Source: Neocallimastix sp. 'constans'
Lineage: Eukaryota
Assembly: GCA_050613775.1 (NCBI GenBank)
Contig: JBODTK010000011.1
Coordinates: 930,001 to 994,000, forward strand
DNA length: 64,000 bases
Direction of reading: 5' to 3'
Shown: positions 23,881 through 37,610 of the stretch, one piece after another
Position numbering within the stretch: the stretch's first letter is position 1
Layout of the letters: the number at the start of each line of letters is the position of its first letter
Notes under the pieces: model-generated
Told to the model about the DNA's origin: nothing
Database searches by the model: none
The model's input: the letters and a program-made list of their open reading frames with translations, nothing else
Program-made: the position numbers and the translations under genes

Positions 23881-26230
23881 ATAAAAAATAATTGATTTAG
23901 ATAACAATTTGAATGGAGAAAAGGAAAGAATTAAAAAATTAATATTAGATTATTATAAAGTTAATAATAATAATGTTGTATTGACAAATTCTATTAAAAG
24001 TAATACAATAAGTGTAAAAGAAAAAAGAGCTCGTATTCCACATCTTCCAAAAACACAACCCATTATAACTAAAGGTACTACTGCTACAACGAGCAACCAT
24101 AAATCTACAACTACTAATGTTACCACAAACAATAATAAATCTAAAACTATTACAGTTACTACAAGCAGCCATAAATCTACAACAACTACTATTAACAGTA
24201 ATAAACCTACAACTACTATTATTCCTACAAACATTAATAAATCTTCAACAAGTATCATTATTACAAATAATAATAATTCTACTACAACTAATAATGCTAC
24301 CGTAACTGCAACAACAACAACAGCAACAGCAACTAGTACAACATCTCCTACTTCGGATAATCCAAATGGAATAACTATATAAGACGATGATTATATTATT
24401 TGGGATTCTTTACCTAAAGATTTACCTTTTAATGTAGGTTTCCCAGATGATAAAGGTTATTATTTACATATTAAAGATGAAGATGATGTGAGAATAGGAG
24501 CTTCAGTGACTTTATACGATGGCGTAGGTGTAAAAATTTGGGAAATTAAAGGTCATCAAGAAAATTATAATGGTTACGCTTTTCCAGTAGAATATGTTTA
24601 TCCATTGAGTATTAACGGTAATATAAAAGCCGATTATGAATATTATGATAAACATAATGTACATAATATTAAAGTTGTTAAAGATCTTAATACTAATACA
24701 ATTGAAATGAATTGTTCTAATAGGTTGAATCAAAATGAAGCACTAATATCTGAAAATAAAAAATATAGATTTTATGTTCAAAAAACTGGAAATATGGTAA
24801 TAAAAGATAATTCAAGAACTACTTGGTCTTCCAATACAGCTAATATTGATTTGTTTGATGGTCCTTATAAAATTGTTTTTTCTCCATTAGGTGAAATTAT
24901 ATTAAGAGATAAAAGCAATTATTCTATATGGCATTCGATTAACCCGTTAGCTCTTGTTGACTCAGAAAACCTTTTAAATAGTTATAAATTCTATTTAACA
25001 TTAACTAACGAAAGTGAATTAATTGTTGATGATCAATATCATAATGTTTATTGGAGTAATTGGAATAAAAGATTATACGATGGTCATATTAGATTTGTTA
25101 ATCCAGTTTTATATGAAATTACATCTTGTTCAGAACATGTAAGAAATAAATATATATATGAAATATTTTCAGAAACAGATATATATAATTATAATTATTT
25201 TGAAAATTCCGATGAAGATCCAATCTTCATTAAAAAATACTACTTTAATAATTTATTACCTGGAGAATCATTATTATCAGATTATAATATGTATTTAAAT
25301 GTTACGGATACTGAAGTTAAACTTATTAATGGTAACTTGAACGAAACCACAATTATACAAAGTTGTCCAAAGGATGAAGGAGTTAAGGAATTACAATTAA
25401 ATAATCAAGGTCTATTTCTAATTTGTAACAACAAAACCAAAAAAACGATTGTATCCATTGATCCTAAATTCGATGAAAAAGGTAATAATCTTAATAAATA
25501 TAATAGATTGTCTATTGAATATAGACCAAATATGAAAAAACCAGAATTAATGATTTTTAATGTAAAAAATTGGGAACCGATATGGAAATACTCCGGTATA
25601 AGATATTTATCTAGTATAAGACAAGTAAATAGACCACTCTAGGGTAGTAGTCATGGAATAAATAATGTAATTACTGAACGTATGAAGCCTCATCAGATAA
25701 GTTAATAGCTTATAATAATACTCATCACATATGGGAATTATATAGTAGTTTACATTTATGTGATTATTTTATTTCCAATAGCACAAATTGTAACACCATA
25801 TACACAATGAATAAAATGTTAATTTATTATATATCACCTAATGAAAAAACTGAAAATACTCTTATCAGTCTAATAGACAATTTATTATTTTATAGTGATT
25901 ATAATGAAAAGATTATCTATAATTTCAATATTGCGGAATATACTAATATTAATGATTCGATTTTTCTTTATCCGTATTAAATAACGGTAATATAGAATTA
26001 AATAATGGTCAATATTTATTACATAAAGAATATTTTGTAAGTGATGAATACTACTATTTATATGTGAAATATAAAAATTTAATTTTAAGATCGAGTACTG
26101 GTGAATATAAATGGGCTGCGAAAAAAACTATTACTAATAGACCATATGATGCCAGTGAAATTAAAATTGGTGAATCTTTTAGAGAAGGAGAAATGTTATA
26201 CTGTGGAGATTATTCAATGATTATTCTTAA
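23881..26230 (+). pseudogene. Captured fragment of a gene with Thr-rich linker and bulb-type (B) lectin-like domains
   Basis: Broken ORFs 23909-24382, 24488-25642 and 26064-26258. B-lectin-like segment NRLNQNEALISENKKYRFYVQKTGNMVIKDNSRTTWSSNT. Absent from the empty F copy. Confidence 0.75.
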
Positions 26231-28159
26231 CATATATTATATATTATTCATTAAATGAATAAAAATAATAATAATAATTTGAATTTTAAATTATATGAAT
26301 ATGATATATAATTTTTCATATATATTAAATAAATAAATAATTATAATAATTTATAATTTTATATTATAATTATCTTTATATTATTCATTAGATGAATAAG
26401 TAAGTAATGATTTAAATTATACATATGTATTATTTATTAAATAAATAAATAATAATATTTTATAATTTTTTTTTATTATATTTTATATGTATAATTATAC
26501 AACAAATAAATAAATATAATTTATAATTTAATTATTTATTATTATTACACAGTAAATAAATAAAAGTTCATATTTTTAGTTTATTTACTTTATATAATAT
26601 TTATTTTTATTATTCAATTAACAAATGAATAATATTAATTTATAATTTTATATTATAAACATTATGTATATCTACTTAAATAAATAAATAATAATTTAAA
26701 ATTTTATAATTTTTATATTATATTTTAGTTATAATTTTTTAGTGTATAAGTTTATACACAAATATGAGAATTACTCTCATAATATTATATGTAGAAATTA
26801 AATATATAATTAATAATTAATTATTTTATTATTTTATAATTATATATTAGTAAATAAATTAAATAATTAAATTTTATAATTTTGTCAACAAATAAACCAT
26901 AATAAATGGTTTAACAGAAAGCATTATCATTCAATCTAAATTGAACGGCTTCTGCTATTGGTGTTAGTGTTACACCTGTTGACTATTCTACATGTAAAAT
27001 TATTATTTATTTACAATTATTTTATTTATTTATTTATTTATTTATTACTTACTATTTGTTATTTATTTATTTATTTATTTATTTATTATTTATATTATCA
27101 TTATTATAATTATTATTATTATATTATTATTATTATTAAAATTATTTATTATTTGAAATTATTTAATTATTAAAAATAAAAATTTCAAATACTTATCTTT
27201 TTTAAATTATTTATTTATTTATTTAATTTATTTTGTTTATTTTTGTTTTCTTGTTTTTTATTTTGTTTTTTGTTGTTTTGTTTTGTTTTTTGTTGTTTTG
27301 TTTTTTGTTATTTTGTTTTTGTTTACTTGTTAGTTTATTTGTTTGCTTTATTTTATTTTTTATTATTATTATTATTATACTTTTTTTTTTTTTTTAAGAT
27401 ATAATGTATAAATTTAATTATATATAAATAAATATAATAATATTATATAAAAAGACGATATATAAAATAAAATAAAAGAGAATATAATGGTTAGTATATA
27501 TTATTTTAATAAAGTAAACAAAAATAAATAAAGGAAATATGTAAACAATAATGAAATAAATATTATGAAATTATATAATTAGAAAGAAAAAGTTTTGCAA
27601 ATAATATAATATAATTCTTATATATAATTTGTTTTTTAATTGCTTTAAAATTTATTAATTTATATTTTTTTTTTTTTTAATTATTATTTTAACATATTAT
27701 TTCCAAAATTTTCTCTTTCAAAGAAGAGTTATTATTGTGAGAAATTACTTATAAAATTAATTATAAATAATTTCTTAACTACAAATTAACATTAATTATT
27801 ACTAATTAACATTAATTTGAGAAAATAAAATTAAATATAATTAAATAAATATAAAATAATATAAATAAATAATTATACTTAAATATAAGATAAAGTTTAT
27901 TATAGAAAGTTTATAATAAACAATAACACAAAAGGAATAAAAGACACAAATATTTATAAAATATGTTTTATTAAAATGGGATTTGTTTATTAATTAATTA
28001 TTTTATTTGAATTATTATTTATTATAAAAATTCTAAAATAATAACTCTTGATTTCTCGAAGAGAACTCAAGAGAATCAAATATATATAAATTAATAATTA
28101 AATATTATTGGTTAAAATAAATACAATAATTTAATGTATTAAATTAATGTATTAAATAA

Positions 28160-28816
28160 TGTTAAGATAATAACTGAATTTCAATTCAATTTCAATTTCG
28201 ATAATTCAGTTATTTGAATTTCAATATTAATAAATAATAATAATATAATAATTATTATTAAATTAACTTTATTAAAATATTTAGGAATTAGTCTAGGCCA
28301 ACTAATTACTAAATATTATTAACATATTGAAATTAATATATATTAAATAATGTAAACACGTGATTGTCATTAAATTAATTTCTACATATTATATTTTAAT
28401 TATGAAATATAATATTTAGCTAATATTATATTCTTATATTTTATTTATATTAAATATTTATATTATTATCTTATTTTGTATTATCAATATCAAACTTTTA
28501 TTAATGCTATTACATATTCATATTAATAATTAATATTTTAATAATTAATTATTTTATATAAATACATGTTTAAATCTTTTGATTAATCCTTTGTAGGATT
28601 ATTGTAATTTAAATTATAGTAATAATTATATAAAATAATAATGTAATAAAATATTATTAAGGTTAAATAAAATTTATTTTTTAAATAAAAACTTATTTAT
28701 AAAATTTACTAATAACAATATGTTTTAAATAAGAATAAAATTAAATTATTAATTAATTACTATAATTTGGCATCTTGACCTAATCGTTAAGACCAAATTA
28801 TCTAAAGACTTTAACA
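28160..28816 (+). mobile_element. Solo LTR of family G (inverted) nested in the F LTR
   Basis: Reverse complement of 21684-22321, TSD AATAA/AATAA. Confidence 0.92.
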
Positions 28817-28870
28817 AATAAGAAAGATAGATAAATTTTATAATAAATTTATCTAAGTTTCTTACAACAC

Positions 28871-30806
28871 TGTATGAATCTATAATTATTTTTAAATAAA
28901 ATAATTATATTTTCTTAGTTAAGTTATAATTATAACTTTATTTAATTATATAATATTTATTCATTTAAATATTATTAATAATTTATTAAACTCAATATTA
29001 AATAATCATTAATTTAATACAATAAATTTATTTAATTAATTATTATTTATACATTTATAAATAATTATAATTTATTTAATTATACATTTAATTATTAAAT
29101 TTATTAGTCTTAGTTTATTTATTTAATTAAATTGTAAACAAATATATTATGTATTCTAATATGTACTTAATAATGTATTCTGTATTTTGTTTATTAATAT
29201 CATTATTATGTTATTTTCCTTATTTGTAAATTTATGATTTTATGGTCGAAATATCTTTTATTATTTTATTCTTTTATTTTCGATCAATTAAATTAGATTA
29301 GCTAATCGGTTAATTAGGGTTTTTCCCAATCACCTTTTAAAAGTAATTGGTTTTACCTAATTGATATGATGATCGATATGGATAGAATATCGATCAAAAA
29401 TCTTATCTAGGTTTTTCTCTCTAATCTTTTCCTAGATAAGAGATTTGTTAAGATTAGAAAACATTTTTTAATTTAACCTTATTTTTCAAAAAAGTATAAA
29501 TAAGGCTCTTGAATTCTCTTTGAGAAATCAAGAGTTATTATTATAACAATTATAATATAGTAATAACATTAATAAATTTTTTATATTTCTATTTTAATAA
29601 AGTAAGTTTTAATAAAAAACAAATTTAAAAAAAAATAAAATAAAATAATCTTTTCTCTTTGACAATTTTGTGTTATTAGTTTATTATAATTAGTTATAAT
29701 AAACTCTCTCTTATAGAAGATAAGTATATTTATCTTTTTTTTGTTTTCTCAATTTAATAATAATTATTATTTAGTTATTATTAAGTTGTAGTTAATAATT
29801 TAATTCTAATTAATTTTATAATTAAATTGTAAAATAAAATACTTATCAAGTCTAGGTTTGTGGCTATTCTAAACTAACTTTACTACACTAATAACACTAT
29901 ATCCTAAACCTCTATTATTTAATTAATTATTTTCTTTTTTAATTTCTTTTATTTATTTATTTTATTTATTAACTAATTTTCAACAACCACTTAACTGGGT
30001 AACGCAGGGTCCTTTCCGGAGTTCCCACTAGCAGTTAAGATTTTACAAACTATTATATAATTGTTTTATAAGAAAGTAACTATTCTAATAATAGTTACGA
30101 AACTAATAATAAAATTTAAATTTTCCTATTACTATACGATTTTCCAACTATCGTTCAATAGTTGAAAAATTAACTCTTTTTATACTTTTTCAAAATAAAG
30201 TTTTAAATCAAAATAAATTTTAATAAATTATATAAACATATTATTTTATATTATCAATTACATTATATAATAAATTACATGAAATGTTATGAATTATTTT
30301 AATATAAATCCTATTTAAAACTATCTAATTTTTCTAAAATTTTCTATGAAGAAAAATTTAGAGTTTAATTCATTAATTATATGATTAAATATATTCTATC
30401 CATATATTTAATTTAAATTTTGCCAAGTTGTGAAAACCAATTTACTAAACCACAACTTGATATTTTTATTTTTAGAATTTCCATAATTTAAAAGACAAGT
30501 AAACAAAACGGCAAGTTTTTGTAAACAAACGGAAAAGGCAATATTCCTTTAATTATTTTAATTTAACTAATTAATGACTAATTATTTTTTAATTTATGAA
30601 GTTTCGTGATTCAACTGAGTAATTGTTACGTAAATTCTCCAAATAATTTAGTCATACATTTTTGAGAAAATTATTTAAATTAATAATTTGGAATACATTT
30701 AAATTTATATTAAAAATTTGGAAAACATTTTTATCCACAATAATTTACATTACATTACATTTAAATACGTATTCAAATTATTAAATATTTTACATAAATT
30801 ATTACA
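28871..30806 (+). mobile_element. Solo LTR E1, interrupted by a B solo LTR
   Basis: TGTATGAATC...TATTACA, homologous to E2, TSD AACAC/AACA(C). Confidence 0.85.
29828..30794 (-). mobile_element. Solo LTR of family B
   Basis: Colinear with 31805-32806, TSD TAAAT/TAAAT. Confidence 0.95.
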
Positions 30807-31804
30807 AACATATAAGAATCTATAATTATTTTTAACAAAATAATTATATTTTCTTAGTTAGGTTATAATTAATATAACTTTTATTTAACTCATATTTCAT
30901 TTATACAATTAATTATAATTAATAATTTATTTAATTATATATTAAAATTTTATTTAGTTTAATATTAAAAATTTATTTAATTAAATAATTTTTATACATT
31001 TAAAATAATATTAAATTTATTTAATTATTCACTTAATTATTAAATTTATTAGTTTTAGTTTTCTCTCACTTATTAAATCATAAACTAAAACACTATTCTG
31101 TATTTTATCATGTATTCTGTATTCTATCATGTATTCTGTATTGTATTAATCATGTATTTTATTATTAATGTATTGTTTTATATTTTTTATGTAAAGTTCT
31201 ATAAAATAGAACTAAATAGATTAAATTTTAAATTTTATGATCGAAATAATTTTCATTATTTTATTCTTTTATTTTCGATCATTATATTAGATTAAGTAAT
31301 CGGTTAATTAAGGTTTTTCCAATTACTTCTTAAAAGTAATCGGTTTTACTTAATTAACGCGATGATCGATATGGATAGAATATCGATCAAAAAACTTATC
31401 TAGGTTTTTCTTCTAGTCTTTTCCTAGATAAGAGATTTGTTAAGATTAGAACCCCTTTTGATTTTAACCTTATTTTGACAAAAAAGTATAAATAAGGCTC
31501 TTGAGTTCTCTTTGAGAAATCAAGAGTTATTATTATAACAATTATAATATAATAATAATAACAATAAGTTTTAACATTTAAAATTTTTAATAAATAATAA
31601 AACAAATTATTTTAATAAAACAAATTTTATAATTAAAACTTTTCCTTATCAATTTTAGTGTTTCGTCTATTATAATTCGTTATAATAAACTCGATAATTA
31701 GAAAGAACCATAGGTAAGTATGATTCTTTTCTAAACCTTTAATATTAGCAGTTAGAGCTAATATTAATGATTAATAATTTAATTATAATTTTTTAATTAA
31801 ATTA

Positions 31805-34800
31805 TGTAAAATAAAATACTTATCAAGTTTAGGTTTGTGGCTATTCTAAACTAACTTTACTACACTAATAACACTATATCTTAAACCTCTATTATTTAAT
31901 TAATTATTTTCTTTTTTAATTTCTTTTATTTATTTATTTTATTTATTAACTAATTTTCAACAACCACTTAACTGGGTAACGCAGGGTCCTTTCCGGAGTT
32001 CCCACTAGCAGTTAAGGTTTTACAAACTATAATATAATTGTTTTATAAGAAAGTAACTATTCTAATAATAGTTACGAAACTAATAATAAAATTTAGATTT
32101 TCCTATTACTATACGATTTTCCTATTCTATACGATTTTCCTATTCTATACGATTTTCCAACTATCGTTCAATAGTTGAAAAATTAACTCTTTTTATACTT
32201 TTTCAAAATAAAGTTTTAAATCAAAATAAATTTTAATAAATTACATAAACATATTATTTTATATTATCAATTACATTATTTAATAAATTACATGAAATGT
32301 TATGAATTATTTTAATATAAATCCTATTTAAAACTATCTAATTTTTCTAAAATTTTCTATGAAGAAAATTTAGAGTTTAATTCATTAATTATATGATTAA
32401 ATATATTCTATCCATATATTTAATTTAAATTTTGCCAAGTTGTGAAAACCAATTTACTAAACCACAACTTGATATTTTTATTTTTAGAATTTCTATAATT
32501 TAAAAGACAAGTAAACAAAACGGCAAGTTTTTGTAAACAAACGGAAAAGGCAATATTCCTTTAATTATTTTAATTTAACTAATTAATGACTAATTATTTT
32601 TTAATTTATGAAGTTTCGTGATTCAACTGAGTAATTGTTACGTAAATTCTCCAAATAATTTAGTCATAAATTTTTGAGAAAATTATTTAAATTAATAATT
32701 TGGAATACATTTAAATTTATATTAAAAATTTGGAAAACATTTTTATCCACAATAATTTACATTACATTACATTTAAATACGTATTCAAATTATTAAATAT
32801 TTTACATGCCCCTCTGTTTAAGTCGAGCCCCTGAGCGACTTATAATCTCGAAGGAACTCTATTAGTTCTATTGAACTCTTGAACTAATTGAGGATCGGAG
32901 ATTTCTTCTTCAGACAACCAAGTGCATTCAGTAGCTGGAAGTCCTTTCCATAACATAAAGTAAAGAGGTTTATTGTTAACAACTTTAGCGGCAACAATCT
33001 TCAAAGGTTCCTTTCCTTCAGTATCAGTAGCGATCGAAGTAATTCGAGTATTAGTACTTGCACTTGATTCATCAAATTCTCTTTCATTGTAAGGTTCTAG
33101 GTTTGAAATATGGAAAACATTATGACACTTAATAGTATCAGGCAATTCTAATTTATAAGAAACAGGGCCTGTTTTTTCAATAATTTTAAAAGGACCAAGT
33201 TTTCTGTTAGTCAATTTAGAAGGACCTTTTGGAAGTAAGTCTGGACGCTTTAACCAAACTTTATCACCTACTTTTAATTTTGGTCCTACAATTCTTAAGT
33301 GATCTGCATATCTCTTATATCTTTCCTTAGCTTTTTCTAAATTTTTCTTGAGGAATTGCATGTTTTTCCTTATTTGTTCAACATGGTCAATGGTACTTGT
33401 TCTTCTGCTATCAGCAGGTATAACTGGATTGAATTTTGGATTAAAACCATAATTTGAGAAGAATGGTGTCTGATTAGTCGATTGTTGTAATGTGTTATTA
33501 TATGCGAATTCAGCATAAGGAAGAATGTCCATCCAGTTATTTTTTCTTTTGTTAATATAGCACCTTAAAAATTGTTCTAATATACCATTAACTCGTTCAG
33601 TTTGACCATCTGTTTGAGGGTGATGTGCTGTTGACAAATTTTGACGAATATCTAATAGACTGCATAATCGTGTCCAAAATTCCGAGGTAAATTGAGAACC
33701 TCTATCGGAAGTAATATCTTCTGGTAATCCGTGTAAACGAAAAACTTCTCTAAAAAATACATCAGCAGCGATTTGAGTAGTAGGTATACTCCTAAATGGA
33801 ATAAAGTGAGCCATCTTTGTTAATCTATCAACTACGACCATTATAACTGTTTTGTCTCTTGACTTAGGTAAATCAGTTATAAAATCCATTGAAACTGAGG
33901 ACCATGGTCTTTTTGGAGTAGGGAGCGGTTGAAGTAATCCATATGGTTTATGACGATCATCTTTAGCTTGACAACAAATCTTACAAGAAGCAATGTACTT
34001 TACGATATCATCCGTCATTCTGAACCAAACAAAATTTCTACTAATAACTTCTTTAGTTTTAAGAATTCCAAAGTGGCCTTGCACAGGATTATCATGGTGG
34101 ATACCGATAATAATATCTTTCATCTTGTTAGGAACAAAGATAAGTCCTTTATAAAGAAGTAATCCATCCTCCTCAAGTTCGAAATCTTTCATTTTACTTT
34201 TATATTTATTGTTAGTAGTCGATACTCCTTTCTTTACGCTAATTAATTCCTGGATAAATTTATCCTCTTTTGTATTCTTTATTAATTCCTCTTTTAGTTG
34301 ACCTTGGATTGAAGGGTATGAATTATTATCTAAGTCCATGATAGCGAAGCACGGGATTGAGTCTTCTTCATCCTCAATTTCTTTATCTTCATAGTCTGGT
34401 CTTCTTGAAAAAGCATCTGGTTTTCCACCCTCTTTTCCTGGTCTATATTGCAATTTATAATCGAATCGTGACAAAAATAAATTCCATCTAATTTGTCGTT
34501 GAGATAGAAGTTCTGGCTTACGAGGAAAAGTAAGATTTTTGTGATCTGTGAAAATTGTAAACTGGTGTTTTGAACCCTCAAGGTAATGTCTCCATTCTTG
34601 TAATGCACACTTAACAGCTAAAAGTTCCTTGTCATAAATAGGGTAGTTTCTTTCAGATTTGGACAAACCTCTAGAATAATAACAGATTGGATGTAACTCA
34701 TTTGTATCCTTATTTCTTTGAGATAATACGGCACCAATTGCAAAATTACTTGCATCTGTCTCTACTATAAACGGTAATTCTGGATCTGCATGGGCAAGAA

Positions 34801-37573
34801 TAGGTTCTATGGTAAAAAGTTTCTTCAAAGTTTCGAATGCAACGGAGCATTCTTCAGTCCATTCATATTTAATATCTTTTCTTGTTAAGTTGTGTAACGG
34901 CTTAGCAATTTTAGCAAAGTTTGGGATGAATCTTCGATAGTAGTTGCATAAACCTATAAACGATTGTACTTCTTTGACTGTAGTTGGTATTGGCCATTCT
35001 AAGATAGACTTAACTTTATCCGGATCTATGGAAATTCCTTGATTGGATATTACGTGCCCCAAGAATGTTGTTTTCTGGACTTCAAATTCACACTTACTTA
35101 ATTTTGCATAAAGTCCACTTTCTTGCAAACGTTTAAGAATCTTCTTCACATGCACGCGATGTTCTTCTAGGGTGTTTGAGTATATAAGTATATCATCAAT
35201 ATAAGCGAAAGCGAATTCATCTAAGTATTCCCCTAATACATCATTAATAAAGTGTTGGAAAGTAGCAGGTGCATTCTTTAATCCAAAGGGCATTACTCGG
35301 TATTCATAATGACCATATCTTGTTCTGAAAGCGGTTTTATACTCATCTCCTTTACGAATTCTTACTAGATTATATGCTGATTTTAAATCTAACTTAGTAA
35401 AATACTTAGCTTCTCTCAATCTGTCAAAAAGCTCGGTGATTAAAGGGAGTGGATAGGAGTCCCTTATAGTATTTTCATTAAGTCTTCGATAATCGACACA
35501 AAGTCTTAAACTTCCATCCTTTTTTCTAACGAATAAAATTGGAGCACCAGCAGGAGATGTTGAAGGTCTAATGAAGCCTTTTTCTAAATTTTCTTTGATA
35601 TATTCTTTTAAAGCTTCACGTTCTTCCTCCGTTAATGGATATAAAGGACCATAAAATAAGTCAACATCATCCTTTAATCTAATTTTACAGTCATACAACC
35701 GGTGAGGAGGTAATTTATCGCATTCTCTTTCATCAAATACACTTTTATATTCCTTATATTGTTCTGGAATCTCTTCTTTAACTTCATCTTTTATATTAAT
35801 TTTATTTCTATCTTGTTTTTCTCGATCAATACTAGTATTCCTTTTTACATTTTCACATTTTTCTCTAATAACACGTAAAACTTTATCTTTACTTTCAGTT
35901 TTTGAAACACAATAAAATACATAATTTTCAATTTTATCTTTATTTAAATTTTTTCTTTTTAAACTCTTATTTTTCTTAACTAAGGCTTTTTTCATAACAG
36001 CCTTTTTACTACATACTTTACGAATATATGCTTTATTTTTTTCAATCTCTAAACTACTTTTAAAATCATCATTATCTAATCTAATACAATTATCTTTATT
36101 ATTTTCAACCTTATAATTAATAATTTCTTTTGCTAATTGGATTTTATTCCTGCGTTCTTCTTCTTCTTTTCTTCTTTTTTCTTCAACTCTTCTGGCAATT
36201 TCTTCGGCGGTAGCACAGCAGTTTCTTTTACAATACTGGGAACTGAATCTAATATTTCCGTGGTCAAATTCAATTGTTGGGCAGTGTTTCTTTAACCATG
36301 GATTTCCAAGGATAATGGGTATTCCTTCAGGTAAATCATAAATGTAAAAATTAATAGTTTCAGAATGCTGACCCATAACCATAGTTAAAGGAATGGTTTC
36401 ATAGCGGATAATTCCATTTCCGTTAATACCTAAAACATTCTTTTCATAACGAAGACGTTGCATTGGAATACCATACCTGTCGACAACTTTTCTATCAATT
36501 AAGTTAAGGTCAGATCCGGTATCTAAAATTGCCTTTAGAATTAATCCATCTCTGAACTTGATAGCTACATTGTAGGTGTGAGATAAACTCTTTTTACTAA
36601 CAGTTATCTGTAATACCTTTTCTCTTCTCCGAATTTTCTCCTTTTGTTTAGGACAGTTAGACTTCAAATGATTAGTACTGTTGCATATAAAACATTTCTT
36701 AATTCTTGACAATTTATTTGCTGGCGGCATTCCATAATTTCTTTCGGTATCTTGGTAATTAGTCCTGTAGTGGCTTGTTCCTAAACTTCTGCTAAAAGGT
36801 CTAATTCTTCTCTGGTCTACATCCATGGGGTCATTTCCAAAAACACGACGGTCTTCTTCAGCGTTGGCAGATACCACATTAATTAGTTCGTTGAGTTTCC
36901 TGATCCTGGGATAGATCAATCTTGTTCTTTCTTTTGCTCTTGCTGGCAAACCATCAATAAAAAAGTGAATCTTGGCTTCATCATTAAAGGAGGAGTCTCT
37001 GGCTACCTTTTCGAACTGATCACAGTATTCGGCGAGAGAACAATAATGGTGGCTTTTTATCTTCGTAATCCTACTGTTGGCTACATCGGTACTGGCACAG
37101 GTTTTATATCTTTCTTTTAATGCATTTATAAAGAGATCGTAACTTTGGAGCAAGGGGCTTTCTTCTTTACACAAGTCAGCATACCATTCTGCAGCGGTTC
37201 CATCTAAGTAGCTGCTCACTACATCTATCTTGAATTCGTCATCTTCAATTGCTTCACCTTCTAAGTTATATTTGAAATATCTTGAAATTTGGCCTAAAAA
37301 CGCTGACAGTTCGTTCCTTTTTCCTGAAAATACCTTAGGTTTTGGAATGAGGCGTGCCCTGATATTGACGTGATTACCAGCCTCATTTTCTACTTCCATG
37401 GAGCTGGCTTCAGAGACTGCGTCAAAGTCTCTCCTAGCTCCTGGGTCTTGGTTGTTGATTCTCAAATACTTCATTCTATTTATAAACCTATTTTTATTAC
37501 TAAACAATAAACTATATACTATATTATAACTAATTACTAAATCCACCTTTATTTACTATTACTAATTTTAAAC

Positions 37574-37610
<37 letters not shown>

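Larger units (their letters stand above)
22706..28866 (-). mobile_element. Non-autonomous element F carrying a captured gene fragment (LTRs 22706-23182 and 27736-28866)
   Basis: Reverse complement of 14780-17907 plus a ~2.35-kb insert. TSD ACACG/ACAC(G). Confidence 0.9.

Noticed and set aside
15830..27173. Twin 64 and 71 aa hydrophobic ORFs (MVLVLHLL...) in the F copies
   Set aside because: TTG starts running into TTTA and ATT microsatellites; shared only because F is duplicated.
14780..28866. Large inverted repeat as the ends of a DNA transposon or an inversion
   Set aside because: Explained by two independent F insertions in opposite orientation, each with its own TSD.
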